From Candidatus Bathyarchaeia archaeon (GTDB taxonomy: Archaea; Thermoproteota; Bathyarchaeia; Bathyarchaeales; Bathycorpusculaceae), in contig JBEKXL010000003.1 in NCBI GenBank assembly GCA_049512075.1, forward strand, positions 143,688 to 207,687: 64,000 nucleotides of DNA, written 5' to 3'. The notes below the pieces were generated by a model, which worked only from the letters and a program-made list of their open reading frames with translations, made no database searches and was not told where the DNA came from. Positions 10,736 through 21,063 of the stretch are shown here, piece after piece. Every line of letters begins with the position of its first letter. Positions within the stretch are counted from its first letter, which is position 1. Position numbers and translations under genes: made by a program.

Positions 10736-10996
10736 GTGAGCTGTTTGACTTCATTATTGTGCAGATTGGGGCTACACAAGTGGAAGAATTACGGAGAAGT
10801 TGTGAAGATTAGCTGGAAGGAGCCAGGGTTTGTTCCATCAACCACGGAGAAAATTGAAAAGTTTGTGCACTCGGAGAGGATGTGTTTGCGATGCGGAATA
10901 AAGGAGAGGAGAAGATTCGCTGAAAACCGAGATGGATCTCAAGCAGCAATAGGATGGGAAAGAATAAACAACGGAACACAGAATTCAACACAGTAA
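10736..10996 (+). CDS. Small Cys/His metal-binding protein (DUF1660-like)
   Basis: LLCRLGLHKW ... RMCLRCG. Confidence 0.65.
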   Translation: MSCLTSLLCRLGLHKWKNYGEVVKISWKEPGFVPSTTEKIEKFVHSERMCLRCGIKERRRFAENRDGSQAAIGWERINNGTQNSTQ

Positions 10997-11052
10997 GCGC
11001 GCCTCAAAGATGCACACGTATTCTGTACAATAGTCGTGTTTTGCTCCTCTAC

Positions 11053-11253
11053 TTACATGACAGAGTTCCATACGTTCATCGAGTGTGTGGCAGGTTCTAT
11101 GAGCGGCATGAACTCTTCTCTGAATCTTATCATCGCATTGTCTTTTCGCATTCTCGCCCTCCATTTTTCAGCTTCCGCCAGGTCCTTGAACGCCATCATT
11201 TCAACATGCACACCCGACAAGCTATCGAATGCTTGGCGATAGATTCTCCATGA
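11053..11253 (-). pseudogene. 5'-truncated small alpha/beta barrel (NIPSNAP-like) gene fragment
   Basis: SWRIYRQAFDSLSGVHVEMMAFKDLAEAEKW...SMNVWNSVM reads as a C-terminal two thirds; it begins right at the (GC)4 run 11254-11261. Confidence 0.5.
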
Positions 11254-11325
11254 GCGCGCGCTCCGTTCCAAGTCATATTAATGATTTAATCAAGTTGTAT
11301 CAATGATTTAAGCGTCCGCTATCAG

Positions 11326-12633
11326 GTGAGCGAGAAGCCAAAGAAAAGAGAGTTAAGATTCAAATACAGGAAAACCCACTTTTTTCGGCAATCGGAGAGG
11401 CTAGCGTTGTTCAACGAGTACAGAGATATGCCGAAGGAGGCAAAGTACCTGATATACTCGTCGATATTTCCCTCCCTCGCATACGGGATGTTCTACACTG
11501 ACCTATCATATTTTCTCACTACGGTTCAGGGGCTGTCCTACGAGTTGATGGGAACCGTGATAACCCTAATGGGAGTGTCTACGGTCATAGCCAGCATCCC
11601 GCTGGGAATAGCCGCCGACAAATACGGAAGAAAAAGATTCCTAGTACTGGGCAACGTGCTCGCGAGCAGCATAATCGCAGTTTTCGCTTTAACTACAAAC
11701 CCTGCGTTGCTCGTGCTCGCTGCGATCGTTGAGGGAGTTTCTGAAGCGTCTTTTTCGGCTTCAACAAATGCTCTGCTTGCGGAGAAAGCTGGAGATACAA
11801 GGAGGAACAGCGCCTTCTCCCTAGCTGGCTTCGCGCAGGGTATAGCCTTCGGCGTGGGGAGTTTCATGATACCAGTTGTTGTGATATTCTCTGCATTCGG
11901 GCTTACGAGTGGGGAAAGCCACGTTCTGCTTTACGTAATACTGGCTGCCATCAGTCTGGCTTCAACGCTCATCATGCTCAAGATCAGCGAGTCGAAAAAT
12001 CTGAAGAAAGCCCACGCAGGCGTGAGGGAACTGCTTCCTAAGAAATCGATACGGGTCTTAATGAAATATGTGTTGACCAGTGCCATAATCGCCTTTGGGG
12101 CGGGCATGGTGGTCCCGCTGATGGCCGCTTGGCTTAAGGCTCAGTACGGTATTTCAGACGCGATAAGCGGTCCTATTCTGGGAGTTTCAAACATAGTGAT
12201 TGGAGTAGCAACTTTGGCCGCGCCTCCGCTTGCCAGAAGAATCGGCATCGTCAAAGCCATCGTCGCAACCCAAGCATTCTCAACTATATTCATGTTTGCC
12301 ACGCCATTATTCCCTGATTATGTCTCAGCCAGCGTGGTCTACACTTCCAGAAGCTTCCTGATGAACATGGCAAGCCCGCTTCAGCAGTCCATGATAATGG
12401 GACTAGTGGCAGAAGACGAGCGAGGCGCAGCCTCTGGAGTAAGCGCTGCCCTGTGGAGGTTGCCCAACGCCTTAAGCAGTTTCATCGGCGCCTATCTGAT
12501 TGGCATAGGGCTATTAGCAGCGCCCTTCTTCCTGGCTGCCGTCTTGTACATTGTTTCAATCGCGCTGTTCTGGTACTACTTCCGGAACACAAGAATGCCA
12601 GAAGAGGAGACTACCAAAAACGTTGCTAATTAG
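11326..12633 (+). CDS. MFS transporter
   Basis: GIAADKYGRKR motif A, about 12 TM helices. Confidence 0.92.
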   Translation: MSEKPKKRELRFKYRKTHFFRQSERLALFNEYRDMPKEAKYLIYSSIFPSLAYGMFYTDLSYFLTTVQGLSYELMGTVITLMGVSTVIASIPLGIAADKYGRKRFLVLGNVLASSIIAVFALTTNPALLVLAAIVEGVSEASFSASTNALLAEKAGDTRRNSAFSLAGFAQGIAFGVGSFMIPVVVIFSAFGLTSGESHVLLYVILAAISLASTLIMLKISESKNLKKAHAGVRELLPKKSIRVLMKYVLTSAIIAFGAGMVVPLMAAWLKAQYGISDAISGPILGVSNIVIGVATLAAPPLARRIGIVKAIVATQAFSTIFMFATPLFPDYVSASVVYTSRSFLMNMASPLQQSMIMGLVAEDERGAASGVSAALWRLPNALSSFIGAYLIGIGLLAAPFFLAAVLYIVSIALFWYYFRNTRMPEEETTKNVAN

Positions 12634-12762
12634 CAGGTTTGAACAGCACACGCCCAAATTTCATCGGAGACGGCATCGTGGCCCACGCGAGCGTCACTAG
12701 GCGTTAAGATGGAAAGAAGAATGACAAAGCGAGTGAGTTGTGGAAAGGCAAAGCGCGAATGG

Positions 12763-14415
12763 CTAGGCTTTCATTTGTTCTAGCTTCTGGTTGAAGACTT
12801 TTCGAACCAAAGACAAGGGTAAGTAGCCGTTGGCAATCAGGGTGTCGTGGAAGAATCTCTCATTGAATTTGCTGCCCATTTTCTCTTTTATCTCACTCTT
12901 CAACTGCAGAATCAAGTGTTTTCCCAGCAAGTACGAAAGCGGGTAAGCTGGCGTCTGCGTGTACCTCCTGACTTCGGCGGTAGCACCTTCCTTTGACATG
13001 CCCGTTTCCTCGACGAGCATGCGAACAGCATCGTCAAAAGTCATCTCGCCTCTTGACAGCTTAACATCCACGACCATACGAACAGCTCTCCAGATAACGT
13101 CGTTGATTTGAATAAGCTTGGTTTCGTTATCTGTTATGAAGCCTTTTTCAGCCATCATCTCTTCACAATAGTGAGCCCATCCTTCTGTGGTTTCCACTCC
13201 GTTAGGCAATAGGCGGATTATGCTGTGTCGGTTCGAGACAGCGCCCTGCAGGAAGTGTCCTGGATAAGCCTCGTGCACAGCAGTGTTTCGCACAGACTTG
13301 TGGTTCAGGTGGTTGCCTAGGTTTGCCACGTCTTTAGGCCTTGTGACTATGTAAATTCCTATCTGGGGCTTGTCATACTTTGCAGGCATCATTAGAGCCG
13401 CGAAGGGTATGAGAGGCGCAATGAATGCTGGTGTCTCCCTCACGTACAGCTTGTCTTCAGGATAGACCGTGGCTATGCCTTTCTTCTGCACGAACTCTTT
13501 GGCCTCTTCCATGGTTTTCTCGGTGAACTTCAAAGCTTCCTCGAAGGTTTTCGGAGCGTCCGATTCAATCTTCTTAATCACGTACTCGACTGTCTTTCCA
13601 GGTGCTATTTGCTGTGCAAGCCGTTTTCTCTCAGCCTTCAGCTTCCTAAGATAATCTTCCCCCAGCCTGAGTATCTGTTCAGAGGTCATGCCTAGGTCCC
13701 GCAGTCTGATGAGCTTCTCATACTTCTCCTTGCCCAACGCCCAATTCTCAGTCGTTCTCGGCAGAAGACTGTTAAGCCACTTCAGATGTTTCTCAAGCTC
13801 AGGCATGAGTCCCTCAACCGCTCTGCTCAGCCGGCCATAGGCTTTGTCTGAGATCTGTCCCTTGGCTATCTGCAGCAGGAACTGAAAGAGACCGCCAATA
13901 CTTTGCGCTGACTCTAGGGCGACTTCGGTCCAAAGCTTCACCGGGTTGGACTTATCAAACCTGGAGCGGAACTCTTCAAGATACTTCGGAGCCCGTTCCA
14001 AGCGGGAGGCTATCGCGTCCATCCTCTTCTCCAAAGGTGCATAATCTCTAGTGAGCATCAAAAAGACCAGCCCGCCCAAAATGTCGAAGGCATCAGGGTT
14101 GAGCTCATGCAACCGATGCTCGTAGAACGAAAACCGCGAGAACTCGTGAACCCTCTCCATCACTTCCCAATCCAGTTTATGCTCATCGTTCAGCTCTCGC
14201 CTCTTAACAGTCTCCTTTAGCCGGTTCAGCCACTGTTCCTCCAGCTCAAGATTCTTCAGCAGTCTCGCTGTCGATCCATCCGGCAGCACGTAATCATAAG
14301 GGTCGTGCAACCCGAGTTCCGTGGCATAATCAGGATTGCACTCAAGAAACTTGTCAATCATTTCTTTCGTTACCTCATCAAACCTCTGATCTGCGCTCAA
14401 CAATTGCCACCTCAT
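12763..14415 (-). CDS. DUF885 family metallopeptidase-like protein
   Basis: HEAYPGHFLQ, EGWAHYCE, WRAVRMVVDV, SYLLG. Confidence 0.9.
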   Translation of the reverse strand: MRWQLLSADQRFDEVTKEMIDKFLECNPDYATELGLHDPYDYVLPDGSTARLLKNLELEEQWLNRLKETVKRRELNDEHKLDWEVMERVHEFSRFSFYEHRLHELNPDAFDILGGLVFLMLTRDYAPLEKRMDAIASRLERAPKYLEEFRSRFDKSNPVKLWTEVALESAQSIGGLFQFLLQIAKGQISDKAYGRLSRAVEGLMPELEKHLKWLNSLLPRTTENWALGKEKYEKLIRLRDLGMTSEQILRLGEDYLRKLKAERKRLAQQIAPGKTVEYVIKKIESDAPKTFEEALKFTEKTMEEAKEFVQKKGIATVYPEDKLYVRETPAFIAPLIPFAALMMPAKYDKPQIGIYIVTRPKDVANLGNHLNHKSVRNTAVHEAYPGHFLQGAVSNRHSIIRLLPNGVETTEGWAHYCEEMMAEKGFITDNETKLIQINDVIWRAVRMVVDVKLSRGEMTFDDAVRMLVEETGMSKEGATAEVRRYTQTPAYPLSYLLGKHLILQLKSEIKEKMGSKFNERFFHDTLIANGYLPLSLVRKVFNQKLEQMKA

Positions 14416-14731
14416 TCTTGGACAGAACGTGTGCAGAAGAGATAATTAAGGCTTGATAGACGACGAGTGTTAAAATAGCAATCAAGGACTTCTGATACCT
14501 GGGTTATGAAATCCCTCCAACGTGAGAACACGTCGGAAGTAGCGGGCAGCCAAGCTCTTGGAAAGTCACAATTATCTGATTAATGGTTATTGTTAGAAAC
14601 TCTAGCTAAACTGGCAAAAACCCACAACCTATGCTAGTCTCGAGCATCACGGGAAGCTGAACCTTACATCACTATTCAGGATTCACAAATCATATCAACT
14701 ATACCAAGTTATTCTTAGTTTCTGACTAAGC

Positions 14732-14881
14732 ATGTCGGAAAAGACCTTTCAAACACAGACAACAGCCGAACGAGTGAAATGTAACAAATGTGGAAAAAGG
14801 GACGCAACACACGAAGATCACTTGTGTGACAGCTGCCGTTTCATGCAAACCATGGACAACATCGCAAAGAGCAGAGAGTAA
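14732..14881 (+). CDS. 49-aa CxxC/CxxC zinc-finger microprotein (below ORF-track cutoff)
   Basis: Manual translation MSEKTFQTQTTAERVKCNKCGKRDATHEDHLCDSCRFMQTMDNIAKSRE. Confidence 0.6.
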   Translation: MSEKTFQTQTTAERVKCNKCGKRDATHEDHLCDSCRFMQTMDNIAKSRE

Positions 14882-14940
14882 GAAAATCAGACAAGAATCA
14901 CTCGAACCCAAAACTCAACACGATCGACTCAGGTAGGACT

Positions 14941-15366
14941 CTAGAGAGCTCCAAACCTTCTTCTCAGATTATCCCTAATCACATCTATGCTTGTCTTCTC
15001 TTCTTCTGAAGCCCGATTTCGCATTTCCTCTATCTGCTGCCCGCGCGCTTCTTCCTCGCGATTGTATTCATCAAGGGATGTGTTCGTCCTCTCTATGACC
15101 TGCTTAACCCAATCCAGCTTGTCCTCAAGGTCGTATTTCGTCGTCACAAGCCGAAGATTATCGCCCACCACAAAGAGCTTCCTATCCCACAGGTGTCTAC
15201 TCGACTTCCACTCACGCTCAAAAATATCCTGCCAAACATGACTGGGCACAGAATCTAGAGGAAGATCAATGACGTAAGCATCAGCAAAATAACGATCTTT
15301 GCTTATAGCAATGGAATCGACATTAATAGGCTCGGAAAGTTTCACCTTACGCAAGTAATCTCTCAT
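14941..15366 (-). CDS. Hypothetical protein with coiled-coil C-terminus
   Basis: GGAGG RBS before ATG at 15366; natural amino-acid composition. Confidence 0.65.
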   Translation of the reverse strand: MRDYLRKVKLSEPINVDSIAISKDRYFADAYVIDLPLDSVPSHVWQDIFEREWKSSRHLWDRKLFVVGDNLRLVTTKYDLEDKLDWVKQVIERTNTSLDEYNREEEARGQQIEEMRNRASEEEKTSIDVIRDNLRRRFGAL

Positions 15367-15533
15367 ACACAACCTCCAATTCAATCTTACCGCTCCTACT
15401 TTAAAAGTCCTGTGCCACATGTTCACAAATGCAAACACACGCCATCCATGTCGGCGTTCAAATTCCATTTTGAAGATATGTGACGCCTAGAACCATGGCA
15501 CGCAGAGAAAAACAGGTGCTGGTAGACGAATTT

Positions 15534-16316
15534 TCACATCTTCCCTTTAGCCTGTATCGTGCGAAGCGCAGACAGGTAAGCTACGGCGCCGATTACCGTG
15601 AAAGGCAGGCTGGCCAACAGAATGCTAAGGAGAGAAAATGGTTGCACAGGATTTCCCAAGAAGGTGTTTCGCATGGCCTGAGCTGCAAGACTGAGCGGGT
15701 TCGCCGAAACAAGGCTGGTTAAGAACGTTGGCAAGTAGTTTCGGATAATCTCAATGGGGTAATACACTGTGCTAAGAGTTAGCAGCAGTATCTGCACGAC
15801 TTGTTGATAGGCGAAGAAATATTCGCCATGAGTCGAAGCCACGGCTGCAAGAGCAGCTGAAATTCCAGCCAGCCCCATTGCTAGAAAAAAAAGAAATGGC
15901 AACAAGAGCAGAGTGTTACCTACAGTCGCCACTGGAAGAACGACCAGGGCTACGAGCAAGAGCGAAGCCGAGTAGACCATCGCAGAAAGCCCACCTGCAA
16001 GCAAGTAGGCCACAACAATGCCCGGCGTGCTTATGGGCAAAGAGAGATAGTATTGGATTACGCCTTCACGAATAGCTAGCCAGATGCGTCTCCCAGTGTC
16101 CAAAGCAGCTACGAACATCCCCATTACGACAACCGCCGGGACGAAGAATTGGAAGTAGTTAATCTTTGAAATTGGTATTATCTGCTTATACACGAGAGCT
16201 ACGACAAGCATATCTGAAAGATTCAGGCTCAGAAGAACGGCCATCAGCCATTTCGTCCTGAAAAAGTAGGAAAAGTCATTTCGAGCCAGCTGCAAAATGG
16301 CAAGAAGCTCCGTCAT
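15534..16316 (-). CDS. ABC-2 type permease
   Basis: YFQFFVP, STVYYP, NPLS motifs; in an operon with the ATPase. Confidence 0.85.
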   Translation of the reverse strand: MTELLAILQLARNDFSYFFRTKWLMAVLLSLNLSDMLVVALVYKQIIPISKINYFQFFVPAVVVMGMFVAALDTGRRIWLAIREGVIQYYLSLPISTPGIVVAYLLAGGLSAMVYSASLLLVALVVLPVATVGNTLLLLPFLFFLAMGLAGISAALAAVASTHGEYFFAYQQVVQILLLTLSTVYYPIEIIRNYLPTFLTSLVSANPLSLAAQAMRNTFLGNPVQPFSLLSILLASLPFTVIGAVAYLSALRTIQAKGKM

Positions 16317-17089
16317 CCGCTCTTCACTCCTTCCACTAAACGTCCAAGAAGAAAAACAGCCAAACCAAGAGTGCTCACCGCAAGGGCTGTCAGCGCAGCA
16401 ACCGCGATTGTCGGGTTAAGCAGCATACTCGGATCAAATCCCAGAGCGAGGTGAACAAGGTCTGCCCCATAAGTGAGGGGACTGAACTTTGCCACGAAAT
16501 CGTAGCCCGGCGAAGCACGCGCCAAGAACACGAGAGGATACAACACCGTGCTAAACCGGATGACCAGCGCGCTTAAACCCGTCGTGACAGCCACGTACAA
16601 GTCACTCGACTTGAAGGCAATGAACGACAGCCCCAACATTAACCCAGCGACCCCGAAACCCAAAAAAAACAGTGCCGCGGCCGCAGCTATCACAGAAAGA
16701 ACTGTCAGATTGCCTATAAGAGCCAGTATTATGGCAAAGGGAACCATGAGCATCAGCGCTAGCTCGAGTCCACCCTTCAAGGCTATGGACAAGAAGAGTT
16801 TCGACCTTGAAACCGGCAGGCTCAAAAGGTACGGAAGCCTTCCCTCATGCGCGGCTTCCACAAATTCCCTTCCAGCATGTGAACCAACATCAAACGTCAT
16901 CATAACCACAAAACCCACTGCATAAAACTCCTGATAGTTGGGTATCTGAGGGATGCTGACGAGCTGGGATATCAGAGCGCCGTATATGAAAATTTGTATT
17001 GTGAAAGAGAACCATTGGAGACCTATCCACACGGGCGGATAGAGCTCGTGCTTCAAGTCGAACCACACTAGGCGAAGGACATCAAGCAT
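16313..17089 (-). CDS. ABC-2 type permease
   Basis: LLSLPVSR, STVLYP, SPLTY motifs. Confidence 0.85.
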   Translation of the reverse strand: MLDVLRLVWFDLKHELYPPVWIGLQWFSFTIQIFIYGALISQLVSIPQIPNYQEFYAVGFVVMMTFDVGSHAGREFVEAAHEGRLPYLLSLPVSRSKLFLSIALKGGLELALMLMVPFAIILALIGNLTVLSVIAAAAALFFLGFGVAGLMLGLSFIAFKSSDLYVAVTTGLSALVIRFSTVLYPLVFLARASPGYDFVAKFSPLTYGADLVHLALGFDPSMLLNPTIAVAALTALAVSTLGLAVFLLGRLVEGVKSG

Positions 17090-18038
17090 TCTCGTTAGTC
17101 TCCAGCTTCTTGCCAGTGAAGCTCAAGAAAACATCGTCCAACGACGGTTCAGTCACTCTCACGGACGAAACGCGTATCTTCCTTTCATAGCACAGACTCG
17201 TCATCTTCGGAACCCAAGCTTCTGCCATTGAAACGTAGGCCTTGTATTTGTTATCTTCCAACGGTGCCAGCTTCACTGTACCTGGGATCTTGGCCAATTC
17301 CTCCTGGAACGCTGCATCGTTTTCGACGTGCTCCAGCTCAAGCTCAACGATATCGCCTCCCGTGATTTTGTCCTTCAAATTTTGAACCGTGTCGCACACG
17401 ATACTTTGCCCTTGATCTAGAATGGTCACCCTGTCAGCAAGATACTCTGCTTCGCGAACCTCGTTCGTAGCGACGATAAGCGTTACGCCTTTCTCTTTCA
17501 GTCCGAGTATCTTCCCCCAGATTGTTCTCTTTCCGCGCAGGTCAACCTGACTGCTTGGTTCGTCGAATATGGCAAACTTCGGATTCTGCACCAATACCTT
17601 GGCAACTTCCAGTCTCTTGGCTTGGCCGCCTGAAAGCTGCATGAACAACTTGTTGCGCGCGTCCCAGAGCTCCATCTCCCTCAGGACCTGCTCAATCAAA
17701 CCGTTGCGCTCGCTCTTCTTCACTCCGCACATCGCAGCGTGAAACTGCAGAATCTCCGCTGGCTTATGCCTCCAAAAACCTCTGGCCTCCTGAAACGAAA
17801 TCCCCAATATCTGACGAACTTTCGTCGGATACTTCACAACATCAAACCCCATTACTATTGCCACGCCTGAGGTGGGTTTCAAAACAGTCGCCAGAGTCAT
17901 CAGCAGCGTTGTTTTTCCAGAACCATTCGGTCCTAACAGAACCATAATCTCCTCTGGGTTTACAGTGAAATCGAGACCCTTAAGCGCGTACGTCTTGCCG
18001 TACCGTTTGACCAAGTTCTGAGTTTCAACCGCGTACAT
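17082..18038 (-). CDS. ABC exporter ATPase (DrrA-like)
   Basis: GPNGSGKTT, LSGGQ, FDEP, C-terminal PSLDDVFL..TG. Confidence 0.9.
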   Translation of the reverse strand: MYAVETQNLVKRYGKTYALKGLDFTVNPEEIMVLLGPNGSGKTTLLMTLATVLKPTSGVAIVMGFDVVKYPTKVRQILGISFQEARGFWRHKPAEILQFHAAMCGVKKSERNGLIEQVLREMELWDARNKLFMQLSGGQAKRLEVAKVLVQNPKFAIFDEPSSQVDLRGKRTIWGKILGLKEKGVTLIVATNEVREAEYLADRVTILDQGQSIVCDTVQNLKDKITGGDIVELELEHVENDAAFQEELAKIPGTVKLAPLEDNKYKAYVSMAEAWVPKMTSLCYERKIRVSSVRVTEPSLDDVFLSFTGKKLETNENA

Positions 18039-18207
18039 GAGCCAAATTCCTTGATGGTTTACGTCCACAAGAGATTGTTGAAAGATATAAGAATACTGCG
18101 CAAACTCTGTTCCTAAGGACGGGTGGTTTCTCTCGCCCGGGCTGATATCAAGTTCATTTCAATATTTTCCCATTCAAGTCACAAAAACAGTTTATTTTCA
18201 CGCACTT

Positions 18208-19086
18208 TCAGGACACGAAGACAATAGCCGCGATTATTAGGAAAGCTCCTATGCCCGAAATCAATGTTAATGTCTCGTTCAAAAAGATTGAGGAGATTGC
18301 CAAAGCAACTAGTACTTCCGCCAGAAGAATGATAGTGGAGTTCACGGCGGAGATGTATTTCAAGCCTTCCGACCATAGGTAGTAAGGAATTACCCAGCAG
18401 AATATTGCAGTGTAAGCAATGGCAAGCCACGCGTCAATCGGCAATTGGGAAGGTGAACTGGTCGAAAAAAGGAGGGACGGTATTAGGGGCAGCAGGGTAA
18501 CGAAAATCACCCAAGTTGTGGGCTGAATTACGTCTCTAACACCTGAGACCAATCGTTTGTTGTAAACCGTGAAAAACGCCCAAACGACTCCAGAGAAAAG
18601 AACCAGCAAATCGCCGACAATCGCCCCTTGGCCCAGCATTTGAAAATCGAGGTTCGTCGCTATCAAAAAAACCCCGACAATTCCGAACAAGATTCCCAAT
18701 CCTCTCCTGTTTCCCAGGCGTTCTTTCAGTATCACCCAACTCAGTATGGCAACCCATATAGCACTTAGATTAACAAGCAACGACGATTTAGAAGCCGAGG
18801 TAGAGTTCATTCCAACGTACTGGAACAAATAGGCAACTCCGTTGGCGATGCCCAAGAACCACACAACTCTCCTCCTCGCGAATTCGAATCCGTAATTCCT
18901 CCTTATCAATAGTAGAAACAACATTATGATCGAGGCAATAGAAAACCTCAAAAAAACGAACATGTAAGCGTCTACATACTTCAAGCCGATTTTTATCGCT
19001 GGAAAAGAAGTGCCCCACAAAACGCTAGCGATGCCCGTCAAGATGATCGCTCTTATCTTCCTGTCTCGTCTGCTTGATTCCTGCAA
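18208..19086 (-). CDS. DMT/EamA transporter
   Basis: LWGTSF..IK, LRF, LKERLG; two EamA repeats. Confidence 0.9.
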   Translation of the reverse strand: MQESSRRDRKIRAIILTGIASVLWGTSFPAIKIGLKYVDAYMFVFLRFSIASIIMLFLLLIRRNYGFEFARRRVVWFLGIANGVAYLFQYVGMNSTSASKSSLLVNLSAIWVAILSWVILKERLGNRRGLGILFGIVGVFLIATNLDFQMLGQGAIVGDLLVLFSGVVWAFFTVYNKRLVSGVRDVIQPTTWVIFVTLLPLIPSLLFSTSSPSQLPIDAWLAIAYTAIFCWVIPYYLWSEGLKYISAVNSTIILLAEVLVALAISSIFLNETLTLISGIGAFLIIAAIVFVS

Positions 19087-19225
19087 GTATTATTCCTTTC
19101 TTTTCCACTCATGCGCACTGGTTCAAATAAATCTACTGAAAGACTGAAAGCAAATGCAACAAGCGCGCGTTAGGTTGACGTTTAAATATGACTTGAAGGA
19201 TAAGAGATGACGGTGAACATTCGAA

Positions 19226-19507
19226 ATGGTTGGGCCTGCATTGTCTCTGCCTGCAAAGTGGGAACAGTTTCTGAAACATTTGGCCGACGATCACGAGATT
19301 GATATCAACGCCGTCGTCAGTGAACTGTGCGAATGGGCCTTATCCGATGATGAAGACAAAGAACAGTTCAAAGCTTGGCTAGATGAGGCTTATCCGCCAG
19401 AAGGAGAAGCTGAAGAAGGAGCAAGAGCCGCAGGAGAAGAAGCCGCCGAGGAAGAAGAAGAGAACGCAGAAGCATCTGAAGAGGAATCCCACGAACACCG
19501 AGACTAA
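19226..19507 (+). CDS. Small acidic hypothetical protein
   Basis: TTTAAA TATA-like box and GGTGA RBS upstream; Glu-rich tail. Confidence 0.55.
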   Translation: MVGPALSLPAKWEQFLKHLADDHEIDINAVVSELCEWALSDDEDKEQFKAWLDEAYPPEGEAEEGARAAGEEAAEEEEENAEASEEESHEHRD

Positions 19508-19650
19508 TCACAAAGCCACGCTAGGCTCATAATGCCCGCCAGATAACTCGCGCATTACATTCGCATTGAGAAGCTACCAAAAACTGGCCATTTCGAACCT
19601 GTTTTTCTAAACACTCTGCAACTTTTGCTTATTTCTTCGAAAGGAAGCTC

Positions 19651-19806
19651 GGTGGGGCCGGCCGGATTTGAACCGACGACCTTTCCCCGGGGCAGTGTTC
19701 TTAACGCTGTCCCTACGGGTTTCTCTGACCGCTCCAGAACCTCTTCATCCCTTTTGAGGTCCGCAAACCTGTTGCTACATTCTGGAGCCCGTCGTCATAC
19801 CTGTCT
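19651..19806 (-). pseudogene. 5'-truncated, divergent tRNA-Trp(CCA) copy with C/D-type intron and an additional ~32-nt insertion near position 43/44
   Basis: 29 bp identical to the intact tRNA-Trp (19775-19803 vs 21667-21695); T arm GTCGG-TTCAAAT-CCGGC; acceptor 3' strand CGGCCCC-ACC; first ~13 nt missing. Confidence 0.85.
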
Positions 19807-20276
19807 GTATCCTTACTAATGAGTTATTGTTTCTTTCTTCTCCTTTTTGGGTTTTTTGGTTTTCTTTTTGGGGGGCTAAATTTTGCTTTTCGTCTTCGTT
19901 GTCGGATTCCATATTTATCACTCAAGGGACATTCCTTTTTTCGTAGTTGACGCGACGAGGAGACAATATGCCTTTTCATGACATTTTAATGACACTCCGA
20001 ATGGAGATGAAGGGAGAAATTTATGTTTCTGAGGATTTGGTCTTTTTATGTTGACGAAGAAACAATAAATTTCTAGCTTGGGGGCGACCTTCATCGGAAT
20101 GAGGAGAAAGGCTTATGTCTCCGAGGAGATTTTTGCGTGAGCTTGATTGAGCAATTTTCTTAGTCTCTTGGGTGAGGTACACTGGGGGAGATATAAGAAA
20201 ATTGCGAAGTTCATTGGGGTGGGTTTTAACCATTTGCATTTGTTGGTACTGGTGCGTTAAGGGACACGATACCTTC

Positions 20277-21002
20277 TTAATACACAGGAGCGTCATCTAA
20301 GTCTGACCTGATTGGAATTTTGCTAATACCCTGTTTCTTCATCACCGATTCCACTGTATCTCTAAACCATTCTTGAGCAGTAGGCGACACATACACATTC
20401 TCGATTAACATGTCCAAGTTAACGTCAATGTATTCGCCTCTGTCAAATATGTCTGGGGCAGTGGGAAAATAAGCGTTAGGAAGCTTGATGATTATGGCTC
20501 TTAGTTCCTGCTCATTTTCATAATTTCTTCGCTTATGCCAAAATGGGTTGGTAACCCACTCTTCGGGAAAAGTCTCTGTGTTGTAGTCTATGTACTTGAT
20601 TTTGCTAATAAGAACATAATCATTTGCGCTTGAACTGAAGGACTGTGTTAATCGCTTGAATGTTGATTGTACTGCTATGCCCTCTGCTTCTTTAATATAT
20701 AGTTTCCAGAGTGGCGCAGAATCCTGTTCACTTAAGTTCCAGCAATTAATGATAACGAATCGTCTGAAATGTTCCAATGTCATCCCCTCAGGAAAAGGTT
20801 TGTACGTTTCAAGTCGCAGCTTGACATTTGCCTTTGAGGTCGAACCTTCAAAAGGATCGCCTAGTTTATCAGATCTACAGAAAAAAAGCGCTTTCTTGTC
20901 AAGTAGTGATACAAACTTTGCGAAGCCCATATATCGCCATATTTTTGCATTCTCATTCGTAGGTTTTTGGCATGTGGATTCGTCCGTGTACTTCGCCTGC
21001 AA
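20277..21002 (-). CDS. DUF2971-like protein in a tRNA-flanked islet
   Basis: IWRYM.F.KF.SLL...LFF...DPFEG, INCW...DSAPLWKLY, HKRRNYENEQELR; AT-rich. Confidence 0.7.
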   Translation of the reverse strand: MQAKYTDESTCQKPTNENAKIWRYMGFAKFVSLLDKKALFFCRSDKLGDPFEGSTSKANVKLRLETYKPFPEGMTLEHFRRFVIINCWNLSEQDSAPLWKLYIKEAEGIAVQSTFKRLTQSFSSSANDYVLISKIKYIDYNTETFPEEWVTNPFWHKRRNYENEQELRAIIIKLPNAYFPTAPDIFDRGEYIDVNLDMLIENVYVSPTAQEWFRDTVESVMKKQGISKIPIRSDLDDAPVY

Positions 21003-21063
21003 TTTTTAGGATTCCACCTCTCGGAAACTCAGGGTAGTTTTTGCGGCGGCTTCGATTTTTGAC

